A stretch of DNA of 63,843 bases, counting the filler, from Welwitschia mirabilis (Eukaryota), in assembly GCA_051453625.1 (NCBI GenBank). It is 5 parts of one record of this genome, joined end to end, with 100 filler letters (N's around TTAATTAATTAA, not from the genome) between each part and the next. Parts side by side here need not be neighbours in the genome. Positions count along the whole stretch, not along the records: positions 1 to 30,485 come from JBOZIK010000001.1; positions 30,586 to 53,707 come from JBOZIK010000001.1; 3 more parts are not named here. The stretch is one strand, 5' to 3'. The notes under the pieces are model-generated. The model saw only the letters and a list, made by a program, of their open reading frames with translations, did not search any database and was not told where the DNA came from. Every line of letters begins with the position of its first letter. The first letter of the stretch is position 1. Of the stretch, positions 24,493 through 38,649 are shown in pieces. The position numbers were made by a program, and so were the translations under genes.

Positions 24493-25399
24493 AAAAGAGA
24501 AGGTCTCATAAAAGTCTACTCCATTTTCTTGTCAATAATATTTGGCAAGCAATCTAGTTTTATATCTAAGTGCCATTTCATTCTCTTTCAAATTACTATT
24601 AGCCATCTGAACTCTACGATATTCTTACTATTAAATAAATAAGTGTCAAAATGCTTCTTTTCATAATAACATCATATCCTTTATCCATGGCCTCCTTTCA
24701 ATGTTGTCTTGTTAATTCTTGTTGCACATTATTTCTAACGTGAATATTGCAAATTGCATTAGATTTATGGATCCTTATGTTTTTTAAGTCTTTTTGTCTC
24801 ATCTCTCATGAGTAATCACATCTTGTGTATTGTTATTGACATTTGGACTCCACTAATATCTCATTATTGGTTCTGTTTCTCTGTTTTATTGTGTGCCTAT
24901 TCACGAGTTCTCAATTGTTATTACTTGATACTTATTATTATATTCTCTCACTTCTTATTCTAATATAATTTTTCAAATTCTATCTAAACATCTTTTTCTT
25001 TCATTGAAGTATCACAGATACAATACACTTTATAGTTTTGGCATATCTAAGAAATATACCTTTAAGAGACTTATTGTGATGTTTGTCCCAAATCTAAGCA
25101 TGATAGTATGTATTACAATGAACCATTTTTAAACGTTTTAATTGAGGATCCATACTCATCCATGTCTTACAATGAGTTATACCATTAAAACTTTTAACAA
25201 TAAATTTGTTATTTATAAAGGTTGTAGTTAATAGGAAGCCTATTCATTATAAAAACTGTTATAAATATTTTCTCTTCTTAGTAGGATGCTTTCATATTTA
25301 ATTGGAAAAATTATCACCTTGACATTCCTTTACATATCCTAATTCTACATTCTGGCACATCTTTCTGACATGGTTCGTATGAGGTAAACACCTAGTTCT

Positions 25400-27400
25400 C
25401 TATTCCTTTATGTTGTAAGAATTCAAAAAAATTTATTGATGTATATTCATCATCATTACCAAATCTTAAGTAAGTTATCTTAGTCCCATCTTATTTTATG
25501 CTTCTCTCAAAAGAATATAAAAGGTACAGTATTTTGCTTTTATGAATTCTATATATTCCACACTTCGAAGGGGGAAAAAAAGAGAGTCATCCTCTAGATG
25601 TGATGATTTAAGTGAAAATATAAGAATTTACTCATTAATGGCTCTATTAGTTACCTAAATTTAAACCTACATAGTACTAAAATGATAGTAATAAAAGAGT
25701 AAAAGGTGGAGAAGTTTTCTTGAAGTTCAAATTTTAAAGAGAAGACTTCTCATAAAGAAGTTTTTCAAGATAATGATGTGCATGTAAAGGTGCATTAAAT
25801 CACTCTTACATGTGGAAGACATTTTGAAATACGTCAACTTTTAAGAGACTTAATATGGGATGAATTAATTAAATTAGAAACCTAACAAAAGAGTGTAATT
25901 TAACAATGACAAAAGGATGAACTTATTAAAGGAAATCCTACACAATTTTATCTTACTTATAGCATGAAGTCAATAAAATTCAAAACATGGAATATCAATA
26001 TTAAATATAGAATAATGCTTGAGAGCTTATGGAAATATTAATAAGAAACAAATTCTTTAGGAATGGATGCTTTAAGATAAGCATAACATTTATCAAATGC
26101 TTGATAAATATATGACTAGATTGGTTGCAAAGGGATTCACTCTAAAACATGAAATTGACTACATAAAAGTATTTATGTTAATAAAAAAGTGGTAGATCAT
26201 TCAAATTTTGATTTCATTAGTAACACAGAAAGGATGAAACAAGCATAAGATTAATGTGAAAAATGTATTCTTAAATGGCCATTTTATGCAGGATATCTAA
26301 ATTAATCATCTTATAGGTTCTGAGATAAAGGGATAAAATAAAAAATAATGCAGGCTAAGAAACCACTATGTGATTTGAAGTAAACATTATGTGTTTGATA
26401 TAGTAAGATCAAAGATATCTCAATGAAAATGGAATTAGATATGTGTGACTATTAAGGTATCAATGTGAGATTGTTTAAAGAACATGTAAAAGGTACCTGC
26501 ATATATCTTCATGTTTTTATGGGAAATATTCTGATCATTAGAAAAGATAAAATATGCATTGCAAAGGTGAAGAAGGATCTTAAAAAATAATTTGAAATCA
26601 TGGATTTGAGGTTGATAAAACATTAACTTGGTGGAAAATTAAAAAAAGAAAATAACTAAAATTTCTTAAATCAGTTGAAGTATATTAGTAATATATTGAA
26701 TAATTTAACATGAAGAATAAAAAAGTAGCTTCTATATCAACTAGCTATAATCTAAATTAATTTCTAATGGAGAATTATTAGACATAGATTAAGAATTATT
26801 AGATGTAGATAGGATGCATCAAAAAAGTCTTTGAAAACCTCACATATATTATCAATACTAGGCTCTAAAATATTGTATGTATTTCAAATGTTAAGGAGAT
26901 ACAGAAGTGAACCAAATTAGAGAAACTATTATGTAGATATTAGATTTTGAAGTATTTAAGAGGAATAAAGGATTTTAGACTTATAATTTAATAAAATGAT
27001 AACTTATAAATTTCTCATATTTAGACTTTAATGTTTGTTAGGATGCTGAAAAGTCTATTAAGAGATACTTGACATTCTTAATATCTTCATTAATTTCTTG
27101 AGGATTAAAGTGAATACATATAGTAATAGATTTATTAGTTGAATTAGATTATATAGTAGCATCTAATACAAGCAAGGAGGTAATCTAGATAAGGAAGCTA
27201 CTACATATTTTAGATCTTCCATAGAAAGGATCTATAAAGTGATGTGTGAATAAATAATGTACAATATAAGTAATAAATAATTAATGTTCCATGATATAAT
27301 GAAGCATATTTCAATAGAGGTACATATGATATGCAAACTTGTTTATAATGATGTAATAAATGTATTGTATGTTTTACTAATGAATTAGGTTTTAGGAAAT
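25400..27400 (+). mobile_element. Degenerate Copia pol remnant (integrase end, RT, RNase H)
   Basis: TRLVAKGFTLKHEIDYIKVF (about 26115-26175), NVKNVFLNG (about 26253-26279, cf. DVKNAFLNG), RF*SYLRG-like segment (about 26940-26965), KHISIEVHMI (about 27302-27332). Confidence 0.75.
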
Positions 27401-28234
27401 AGAGTCACATGATGAAATTTAATTTTAGTAGTTTAGAGATTAGATGAGTAAATAAAATGAATTCATCTTAAGTTAGCAAGTGACATCTCATTAGGATATT
27501 GACTATTAACATTTAAGATCACATGAACCACATTAATTTAAGACTAAAATTTTCCTCTAGGAACTTTGGTTTTCTTAAAATGTATTTTATTATCATTTCT
27601 TTTCTTCGTGGGGGTTGTAAGTGTACCACCGTGTCATTTATTTTATTAAATACTTATAATATTTTAAACAAAAATGAGGTTATTAAGGTTCTATGGCCTA
27701 TATATTTTTTTCTAAGTGAAGTTACTACATGAGAAATTGTGTCAGATTACTAGGATCATTGGTTTGCTTAGTTAGGTAAAAATCCATGGATAGCCCATGC
27801 TAGTTTGGGCTTGATCACAAAATGGCTAGTCATCACGTATGGTTCATATTCAAGATATTGAAGCTTACTCTTGAGTACCCCTTAAATACAGGATATGAAT
27901 CATAAGCTAACATGCATATCATAAGGCTATATTATAGTAATAAATGCAAAATTTTAACCACTTGTAGAAGTGATATCGAAACTTACTAAGTATAAAACCC
28001 CAAAGGTAAATCCTATAATTATACAATGATAATAAAGTCTATTATTCATGTTATTTTATTTCATACTATTTTATTTATTTTTATATTCTCTATTAATTTT
28101 ACCTTTACGAGTTATCTTAATATATTAGTCTTTTTAGTGATGTAAAGAAATTCATGTGTACAATTTTGTAATGCCCCATTTAATTAAATAAATTTAGTTT
28201 AATAATATAGACTTAATACATATAATTTATGAAG

Positions 28235-28800
28235 ATCTACCAAATTTGTCCTAGGTAATATGCTAGTACTATGAGTTTTAGTAAGGTTAGAATACCTTGA
28301 AGATCTTCCTATCTTTCAATAAGTTGTGACATGATAAGGTTTTCACTTAGAGTTGTCTAGCACATTCTATGAATAATATTGACAATAGTTTCCCTTATGG
28401 ATATGAGGAAATAAAGACTATATTTCACATCTCCTTCCTTTATGTACATGCATAATAAGTTTGGAATCAATTTTTAATACTTTCTATTATCATTTATTCA
28501 TGAAAGGGAATTTTGATGATTTTAGAAAAGTTTGATAAGGGATAATTAATGTTATTAATAAGGAAATAAAGGCTTGAAAGATTTTATTGATAGCGATTCT
28601 ATATGCCCTATGGCTCTTGCAAAACTAATATTTTTTTTCAAAAAAGAAGGTTTAAAGAAGAAAAAATATGGCAAGAATCATTGCATTTGTAAACGGACGA
28701 GGTAGAATTGGGATAGAATTTCAAGTGACATATATAGTAAAGTTAAACATTGAAAAGGCTTAAAGTAAACTAGTAACCTTAGAAAGTTCAAAGTGAAGAG
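28235..28800 (+). mobile_element. Gypsy integrase C-terminal (GPF/chromodomain-adjacent) remnant
   Basis: Fragments resembling KLxPR, FHLEL and IKTIFHISFL (cf. IHPVFHVSxL); heavily decayed. Confidence 0.4.
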
Positions 28801-30485
28801 GTGACTTTGAAGAAAGCTCAATAAGAAAGGTACAAGAACCTTCTTAATAATTCTAGAAAATTATTGGTTATGATCAACAAGTAGACAATGGTAATTAAAC
28901 TAATATCTAATGGCTTCAAATTGTAATTTTGACTAGTAATTTCATCAGGCAACTAGGTAATGAGGCTTTAAGGATCAAGTGCTACTCCATTAGTGTTGAC
29001 TAATTTGATCATAATTCAAAGGGCATATCCACCAACACTTTAGTTCAAACATATCACCAATGATGAAGATGAAGCGTGAGGCTTAAAGAAGTAGTTATAA
29101 GTTGTTGGTTTTGTTTGCTATGTTTATTTATATAATGATTATATATTTTGAAGAGTAGGGAGCTTTGGCTTTATTTATGGGTTGCTAGATTTATCTCTTA
29201 ATAATTGTTGATATCAAAGTTAGAAAGATGACTAAATTTTTATCTTGTTTTATCTTTTTCAATAAGCAGCCTGAATGTATAGGAATTTTCATTATTAAAA
29301 ACATAAATTTTTAGGTTGTATTAGAGCATGTATTTTTAACAAACTCATAAACATTTATAATTTTATCATATATTCTAGTTTGTTTAGTGCAAGGTGGCCA
29401 TTATAGATATCACCTCTCCCCTTACTATCTTTCTAAAAGGATGGGGGGAGTTAACATTATCATGTTATAAAACATAATATTTCTTATATTATTTATAACA
29501 TTAATCATTAATCTAAAGGCTATTGTAATTACGATTTATAATTCTATATTATTCTAAGTTAAGAAAATCACAATATAATGTTATTTTCTTAAAGCCTTCA
29601 ACTATAGTTGTTTGATATTTAATAGACATATAAATGGATGAATGAAGATGCTAATTGGAACATGATGTAAAAAGTCATATATTATTGTTACGATAGACTA
29701 CATGTCACTATGTAGCTTCTTGTTATTAAAAGTTTAGGGATGCACTTTCATATAAATAAATACCCTTTCAAAAACCATGCATTACTCTAATACACTTTAA
29801 TAATTTTTTAGAGTTAACATATTTCAACTTACTCTAAGAATTTTTTTTTTTTAAAAGTTGACATACTCTTTTTTAATGTACATGCATCCACCTGAACACT
29901 TAATTATCATTACTAAAAAATTTTGAGTAAAATTTCCTCCTCTCATTAGTTGCTTTTTTATTATCTTGGAATCTTATTTTGTTTTTTAAAATCATAATTA
30001 TAATTAAAAAGTTATACAAGATTTTTATAATATGCATACTTAGAAGCTTATAGCAAGTTCATGGCATCATTAGCTTCTATGATTGCATCAGCTGGAATTG
30101 ACTCCCATATTGTACACATAGTATTAACAATGTAGTAGTTTATATTCATATACATTAATAAAAATTTTAAATAACATTTTCATTATTATAATAGCATGCA
30201 TGTCTATGTCCACCATTAACATCTATGATGGTGGCGATGAGTACAAGATTTTACATGGCATATAAATCATGATTAATAGAGATGATGATATGTGGTGAGA
30301 TTCTTACTATTAAGTTTTATGATATTGCTTGTTGTTGTAATGTTATGAAAAAAATTTTCTTAGTTCATAGATCTTACAGCTCTAAAATGGATACCATTAG
30401 TTACTTTTTGTTATAACCCACATTTTGTAAGCTTTAATTAATAGTGTTTCTAAACTATGTAAAACATTTTGATATCAATTTTAAT

Positions 30486-30585
30486 NNNNNNNNNNNNNNN
30501 NNNNNNNNNNNNNNNNNNNNNNNNNNNNNTTAATTAATTAANNNNNNNNNNNNNNNNNNNNNNNNNNNNNNNNNNNNNNNNNNNN
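30486..30585. other. Artificial assembly linker N44-TTAATTAATTAA-N44
   Basis: Identical 100-bp spacer, with stops in all six frames, seen four times in the window. Confidence 0.95.
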
Positions 30586-31139
30586 TATCATGTTCAAGGT
30601 TAATCAATAGATATTTCAATGATTCTTTAACCTTTTATCCATTAACTTCTGAATTCCCCAAGGGTTTAGATTGGAAGTTTCAACAAAGCCATTAAAATGT
30701 ACTTTTTCTGAAAGATAAGAACCTAATCATTGAGAAGTTCAACTAGTTGTGTGAAAAGTGCACTCCGGCATTATATTTTTCAGAAAAAGCAGAGCCAAAC
30801 CAAATAGAAACCAATTGATAAAACATAAAGGGTATGCAATCATTTCGGAGTAAAATCAATTGAAGATTAAGAAAATAAAATGATAAAACTTTGATAGCAC
30901 AATTTTTAAAATTGAAATAAGAGATAAAGAACTGAAAAATTTCATTACCAAATACTCTCTTTTGAAAACAGTGTAAAGTATGAGTATCATTATATAATTC
31001 ATTCAAGGTACTACTTATAGAATGGATCCAAGAAATCTTTAAGGGCTTTCGAGAGTGTTTTATAAGATGAAGAAGCTCCTTAAGATTTAATTGAAAGCAT
31101 AGATTATCATCAAGAAGATAATGCTTACCCTAGTGTAAC

Positions 31140-33445
31140 ATTTCAAGATATTCCAAGTCAAACTTTTCAAAAGAATACCATTAAAAACACAAAGTATAGT
31201 GGACTTGGTAGAAAAAGAATAAATGTTACTTCGAGGATTACATGAATGTTTGAAAGTAAGAGATTAAGAGACAAGAGAAATAGACTCTTTGAAGTGATGG
31301 GTGTTATAAGAGTCAAGGAAAGGATCACGACCTTGAGAATTATATGAAGGTGTAATTGAAAGGGATGGAAAAAGGTTATCATTATCAAGGTTATGAGGTA
31401 ATGAGAAGGTGAAAGTAGAAGTGGAAGGAGGAGTGGAGGGAAGGATGTGATTTGAAATTGTACATGAAGGCATAGATGGGGAGAATGTAGAAATATGGAT
31501 AGAATCAACAAGTCTTTTCTCAATGAAGTTTGAATGAATCTCTATGGGTCCTTCATTAATTTCAGTTTCCTCACTGGTATCCATGTCATTATGTGGTTAG
31601 ATTATTTCTGTATTTTCCTCATCATTGGTTGTGACTATATCTTCCTCCTCTTGTTGAAGATTACTTTCATTCTCTAAATGATTGGATTCATCAAAAAGAT
31701 TATCAAGAAAAATAAGAGCATCATCTTCATCATTGATTGAAAGATTTTTAGTTTTCTCATGATTGGATTCCTCATCTCGATTATCTAATAGAAGATGAAT
31801 GGTGGGGTTATAATCTAATATCTCAATATCATCCTCTAATAAGTGGTCATCTTCATCCCAATTGTTGATATGTTGAGTTGTATCATTATTATCTCCTTTT
31901 TACTTATCTCCTGGTGAGTAAGATGTTGAAGCTTGATTCATAAATTCATCTTTAAGTTGAAAGTAAGAATCATCATCATCAATAATTTCTAAGTTATCTT
32001 CATTTTTCTTAAGATAGGATGAAGTGAAAAAGTTCTGAGGATGTTGTGTTGTAAAAGATCCTTGAATTTATAAAAGAGATTATTGCAAGTTTTCAACTAA
32101 TTTTTCCAAGATCTTATTGGTGTTTTCTTAGTTTTTCATCATTTCACAAATCATTTCTCTTAATGGATCTTTTTCTTCTTCATAGTAATTGATGGGAGAC
32201 AGTTCGTTTTGGTAGTAATGCATGGAAGATGATTGGGATTGAAAAAGATGATTGTAAGAACTTTGTATAAATGAGGTGAAATCCCTAAAACATGGTAAAT
32301 CCTCATCAATATCTTGATATGAGGTTTGTAAAGAAGACGGGAAAGAATAGGTAGGTTGAAAAGAAGAATGGCCCAATCCCTATTTTCAACATGGTTTTGT
32401 GATGGCCCTCCTCTTTTAGCAAAGATTTCTCAAAGAGTTTTCTTACTAATGTTCTCATCATTTTGCAAGTTTCTTCTCCTTTCAGAAAGAAGTTCTACAA
32501 TAGTTTTTTTATTATAATTCATTGAAACAAGAAAGAAGAATAAAATAAGAGAGTTGAGATTGAAAATGGTAAGGAAGATAGGTACATAATGAATATCGAG
32601 GTTCTTGGATGGTTTAAGGTTGCTATTTCTTAATACCCCAANNNNNNNNNNNNNNNNNNNNNNNNNNNNNNNNNNNNNNNNNNNNNNNNNNNNNNNNNNN
32701 NNNNNNNNNNNNNNNNNNNNNNNNNNNNNNNNNNNNNNNNNATGAGTAGGATGTTGAAGTTTGATTCACAAATCCATCTTCAGGTTGAAAACAAGAATCA
32801 TCATCATCAGAGATTTCTAAGTTTTCTAAGGTTGAATGAAGTAGAATAGCTGTGAGGATGTTGTGTTGTAAAAAATCCTTGAATATGTAAAAGAGACTAT
32901 TGCAAGTGTTCAACTAATTTCTCCAAGTTCTTATTGGTGTTTTCTTGGTTCTTCGTCATTTCACCAATCATTTCTCTTAATGGATCTTTTTCTTCTTTGA
33001 TGAAAAATGGTTCTTCTTGACAATAATGCATGGAAGATGATTGGGATTGAAAAAGATGATTATAAGAAGTTTGTCTAAATGAGGTGGAGTCCCTAAAATA
33101 TGGAGAATCTTCATCATAATATCTATATGAGGTTTGAAAAGAAAAGGGGAAGGAAAGTTGAAAAGAAGAGGAGGTCCAATTCCTATGATTTTGTGATGGT
33201 CTTCCTCTTTCGGCAAAGATTTCTCGAAGTGTTTTCTTACTAATGCCCTCATCATTTTGCAAATTTCTTCTCTTTTCAGAAAGAATTTCCACAATGGTCC
33301 TTCTATTAGTGTTCATTTAAGCAAACGAGAAGAATGGAACAAGAGAATTCTAAATCAAGATGGTAAGGAAGATGAGTACACAATAAAGATTAAGTTTTCC
33401 TCTCTTGGATGATCCATCATTTAAAATTGCTATTTCTTAACACTC
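31140..33445 (-). mobile_element. TE-derived (probably Gypsy) degenerate ORF region containing an about 780-bp tandem duplication
   Basis: 31915-32640 and 32742-33445 are diverged copies. Their ORFs (32128-32376 and 32897-33316) share YNHLFQSQSSSMHY..EEKDPLREMI.EM.KN. No recognisable catalytic domain. Confidence 0.5.
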
Positions 33446-34436
33446 AAAAAATGTGGAATCATTGTTGAAAATTGACTACAAAAAGAAACGAAAATCTAAT
33501 TTTAAGATAGAAAAAATAAATCTCGAAATTTGCATACCTATGTTATGCGTATCTAAATTTTTATTTTAAAGTTGAATGTTCTTCTTCTGGTATTTCTGTT
33601 AATTAAGTTCTTCACCAGCTGATATTTCGTCCTTCTACCAAAATTCTTTGTATCCTTGCATGCACAAACAATAAACAAAAAACCGGAATCAAATGCAATG
33701 GACCGTCATCCACATGGTCGTGTGGACGACAAGAGGGACGATAATCACTGGAAAACTGACTATCGTGCCTACTGTCATGGGGACCACAGATAGGACAACA
33801 GTACTTTATTAGTAAATTGTGAATAGAGGTATTATAACATCAACCTCTATGCTGAGTATGACTTCATTTTCTTTTCTCTTTTCATTACACATGGAGTAAT
33901 TCTTTCTTTTAATTTATCAAAGTCTTATTGATTAAAGCTGTGTGTTGGTTTTTGTCTGCTGGCGAGTCAGAATCTTTCTTACATCTGTGAATGCATTATA
34001 GTAATAGCAGATGGTAAATAACCAATGGTAGATAGGAATTGAAAAACAGCAACACCTAGAAGGGTGAAATAATATTGAGACCAGGATTTGATGTAGCTCC
34101 AGCCACAATACATGACCCACATCTCCAAGAAATCAAAGCAGACCTTTTACTTTTTTGGAAAAGAGGTTTTAAATACATGACATGACAAATACAACCCTCA
34201 AACGGAAAGCCTGCTTTGTCTCTTCTTCTCAACCCTTGCAATACTCCCTTTGCATACAAAACGGATCACCCAAGCAAAGGACACAACACCTTTTTTAAAG
34301 ACTCAGGTTGAAAACAACTCCACCTCTTCATGCATTCTCATGAACCCAAGCAGTTCCCTTTTAAAAATTCAGCAACTACTCATAAACGATTACCTTTATA
34401 TTTAGCACCACTTGTTTGCTTACCACATACATACTT

Positions 34437-34489
34437 TATTTTAGCACTTGTGATTCCAAATATTATTTTAGCACTTGTGATTCCAAATA
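34437..34489. repeat. 27-bp tandem duplication
   Basis: TATTTTAGCACTTGTGATTCCAAATA x2. Confidence 0.9.
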
Positions 34490-37074
34490 CAGAAGAGAAT
34501 ATAAGACACGGAAAGCCCAATGTATTTTATGAAACAGTAGAAATCTTGATCAACTTAATTCATCAATTCCATTGTTAGTATTCCCTCATGTCATGCCTGC
34601 CTCTTTCTTATAGACTTTCTTTCTAAGCACATAAAAAGACCTCATGTAAAGCACTATGGACCACCAAATAATTTAATAAAGCAAAAATTCTTCTTGTATC
34701 ACACGACGGCAATTCAATCTCGCCAAATAATCTTTACATAATTCCTGAACATGAAAATTTCTTCTGCTTGCGCATAAAATTGTACAATTTAAAGTATTAT
34801 GTTTGGCATTGCCAGAAGATTCGTCAACCATGCTCAAACCAAATATTTGCATTGACATCGGAACAAATTTCAAACAAAGAGTTACCAAAGGGTGTCTAGT
34901 ACACAAATTTGAGTGTGTCAAATTCATGGCCATATAATCCTGAAGTATAATTTCGAGAGAGCTTAAAAATTAGAATAATAACATAAGAAAAAAATCTAAT
35001 CCAATATTTGTTTTTAGAATGTGAGAATAATTATGTTTACCATTCAAAATTTTTGAATGATATTGCCATATCCCATCTACCATTTAACATCTGTTTGGAA
35101 GAAAAGATAATCTTTCTATAAACAAGGTTTTAGAACAATTCAAGATATACTGTGAATCGTATACTTTGTACAAAGATATACAATTAAATGGTCAATAAAT
35201 ACGATAGCAAGCAGCATTCAATATCCTTGCTATTGTTGAAAGCCTGCACTTGATGCCTTCCCTCCACCCCAGATACCATTGTTAGAGTTTGAACTTCCTG
35301 CATTTGGTCCCATTGATCCCAAAACAACACTTTGAGGGATTTGAATAGCAGATAAAGGTGCTGGAACAAGTACACCACGTGAAGCCTGGAATGCATTTGA
35401 CTGCTGCGGTGCAGACTGAGGACTTGGTTGTTGTCCAGAAGCAAATGGGGCATTCACTATATATTGCATTCCATGTACTGTTGATGCTACAAATACCATA
35501 TCAAAATTTCGAAATTAAATACTGATTCACAAAGTGAACAATGATAAAGTGCCACCTTTAAGTTTTTAAGAATTAAAACATGAACTTTTGAGAAAGCTCA
35601 TGAGATACCATGTGAAACAAATTTAATGACAACCAACATTGTGCTGGGAAACCAAGAATGGCAATTCATGAGGCCTTTAACAACTACTATGACAGCACAT
35701 TCACTTACAGTGGTCTCAAGGATCATATGATCACAAGTGTACTTGTGACAGTTACATACTATTCTAGCTAACAAAGAAACAGTGTAATCATAATAACCTG
35801 ATGATTACAAAAGCTTTTACTGTTATTTAATCATGGCTTGATTGATTCATATGAATGTGCTGGCATTCATCATGTATATGTCACTAATTAATATAGGAAG
35901 GATTACTCTTAGTTCCAAAGTGTGGGCAAAGACTGAAGATAAGCACAACAGATAATGAAATGAAATCCTGATCGACCATTATGCATGATACATGAGATCC
36001 CTCTATTGCCAACTATTGTGGAAAATTATCAAACCAGTATAGAATATGAAATACTGAATAAAAGAAAAGAAAAAACACTGATTAAACGCAAGCAATAAGA
36101 GCAAAGAACAGCATAAAACAACCACGTGGTAATATCCTCTAACCAAAAAAAAAAATCCAGAGGACAGCAGACCAGAATTATTACTTCAAAGCAAAACTAA
36201 CACAAGATACAAAGGAACAAAGAGTTATTCAGGCTTTATATACAAAACTATCTCTGTTAAACAACCAGAATTATAACTTCACAATAAAACTAATTCAAGA
36301 AACAAGGAAGCAAAGAGTTTACAACCTTTAATAGTGGACTAACTCAAATCAAACATAGTCAGTGAATCAAAAGTTATCATGTCAATGGTGTAAATTACAT
36401 GCAGAAGCAGACAGTTTCAATACTCCACAGTTCAAATCTCTAATAATCATAACTTCTATTGGGAGCCAATAACCCATGGCTTTCAAATCACAACTGTAAT
36501 TGACATCTAAATTTTAGTTTATAATTTATAAAATATTAGCTTGACATTCGCCTTGAACACATAGTCCAGCAACTTCCAAAGACGATGCTGATACGTTAGA
36601 GACCACATCTTTTCCAAGGCCTCATTGAGATTACTTTTCTATCTAGCAAACAACACAGAATATCGTCAATCACAATAGCACTGATGTAACAAATAATAAG
36701 AACAAGCAAACAGATGTAGATAATGAAGAGTACTTTGTGTTTCATGTTTATGTGTCACTCAGATCTCCTCAGTAATTTGTGTTTTTGTGTCTGTAAGACT
36801 CACGTCAGGATCAGAATGGGCTATACTACAACTACCTATGCCTCATCTGCCAACACATAAAGAGCTCATAAGCCAACATGAAATGTGGTCAGCAACTTAT
36901 GGTAAAAAGGTGACCAGCTAAAGGAACAGATGAAAGATGAGAGATGAAACAACAAGGTGTGCCCAACAGTCATTTTGTGTGCCATAATGTCAACCAAACA
37001 CTAAGCCAAACTGACATGCGACACCAATCTCTGGCAATGCCGAACTTCAAAAGTACTTTAATCATTTTAGGCAT

Positions 37075-37420
37075 TTAATTCTCCTGGACCTCCATCTTGT
37101 TAGAAATCAGATTTCCAATGCAGTCAGAATTGATTGTTATATGAATCAATGATTGATATGCAGCAACATCGTCACCTTGTGTAGAACATTTTGTGTTTCC
37201 CCAGTAACCTCGCATCTTGAATTGACAATTGACATTGTCAGTTGAAAAGAATATTGAAAGTGCACCAGCTTGCAAATAAATTACATCATCAACCCACCCT
37301 TTCCAAGCCTTCAACTAAGTACATACAATCCACATTTAATAGCAGCCAATTTACCTTCTTCCAGTGCCTAGCCATGTTTCAATCCACATGCAGCATTTCA
37401 GCACCTTGGGTTACTCACAT
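37075..37420 (-). mobile_element. LINE-type RNase H (RVT_3-like) remnant
   Basis: WKKVNWLLLNVD and IHITINSDC resemble WxxPxxGWxKLNxD and VIIESDC of plant L1 RNase H. Confidence 0.4.
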
Positions 37421-38159
37421 AATAGTCTACAATATTGCATTCAAAGGTCCAAAAAAATTTGTGCCTTTTAGTGAGATTGCACTGACATATGCACTCATAA
37501 GAAATTGCAGGTTACTAGAGCAGTTTACTCACATCATTTATTGGTTGTAAAAAACACACTGGTGCCCACAAAATTAGAGTACGTACTCTTCATCACATCT
37601 GCATTTTGCCAATTAGGCATGCATTTCTAACCCTTACACTTCTTGTACATTGCATGGTTATATGCTAACTGCATGCTTAAAGTGCTATTCAGCATACTAG
37701 ATTTAATGTCAGTATATATATGTTTTTTGGGTTCACAGCTTTTAGATTGATTGAAATATACAGTACATTTCTTTGTTACTAAGAAAATACAAAACCTAGT
37801 TCCATCTTTTAGCTCATTTATTTGCAAGAATTCCAGATCACTCCCACTAAATTCTGAGTAGCCTTGCAAAGAATCACTTGTTTTTGGGGAAGATTTTTTG
37901 GGACATTCACTCTGATAATTCAGAGGCGAATTCTCCCTGACACCAACATTACACCCCCACTGTGAATTCTTACTTTCTAACACCACAAGTGTCAGTAGTT
38001 CTACCATAGGATAGCTAATTCCTTGTTGAACTTCTGGGCACAAGTCTTTTCCCTGTTAGGAATCGAAGCACATAGTATCAGTAGCTTTGTCATCTTTTCC
38101 AAATTGTATACCAAACATATCCATGAATTGTGATGATCATGCCCTGAGACAATCACCCC

Positions 38160-38390
38160 TTTATCATGTGCTTGTCACGCCTTTAGACCCTAAGTCTGAG
38201 TATTGTTGTGTGACCTATTAGAAGTCTGGAGGCCTGGAGCTTTTAATCATGTGTTTGTCACACCTTTAGACCCTAACTCTAAGGATTGTTCCGTGATCTG
38301 TTAGAAGTCTGGAGTTCTTTATCATGTGTTTGTCACCCCTTCAGACCCTAAATGTGAGGATTGTTCCATCATGTATTGGAAGTCTGGAAA
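38160..38390. repeat. Three about 80-bp tandem repeats
   Basis: ATCATGTG.TTGTCAC.CCTT.AGACCCTAA..T.AG.ATTGTT......TT.GAAGTCTGGA starts at about 38160, 38244 and 38319. Confidence 0.9.
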
Positions 38391-38649
38391 TTTTTACACA
38401 TATCTCTCATTTATCAATTTCATGATACATAAGTAATCCTCTTGCTTCATGAGAACCATCCTTGTTTAAGATTATTTCTGAGGTTTTCCTTTCCTCATAA
38501 TATACATGATTTTGAGAGTATAACTTCACTCCATTTCTTTTTGCTTGGCTTATCAGCATCTTCCCTTTTTTTCAATTATATTATGTCGCTCGTTTTATAA
38601 ATATAACTTTTTAACTTTAGCAAGCAGTGAGTGGCACCCGGAAGATTTA

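Larger units (their letters stand above)
20560..25400 (-). mobile_element. Highly degenerate Copia pol (RT/RNase H) remnant, interrupted by a younger element at 21776-24492
   Basis: The minus strand reads RYKTRLLAKYY*QENGVDFYETFS at about 24570-24498 (cf. Copia RT RYKARLVAKGYxQxxGVDFxETFS) and continues past 21775. WSSHRQTS (RNase H start) at about 20619-20596. Confidence 0.65.
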
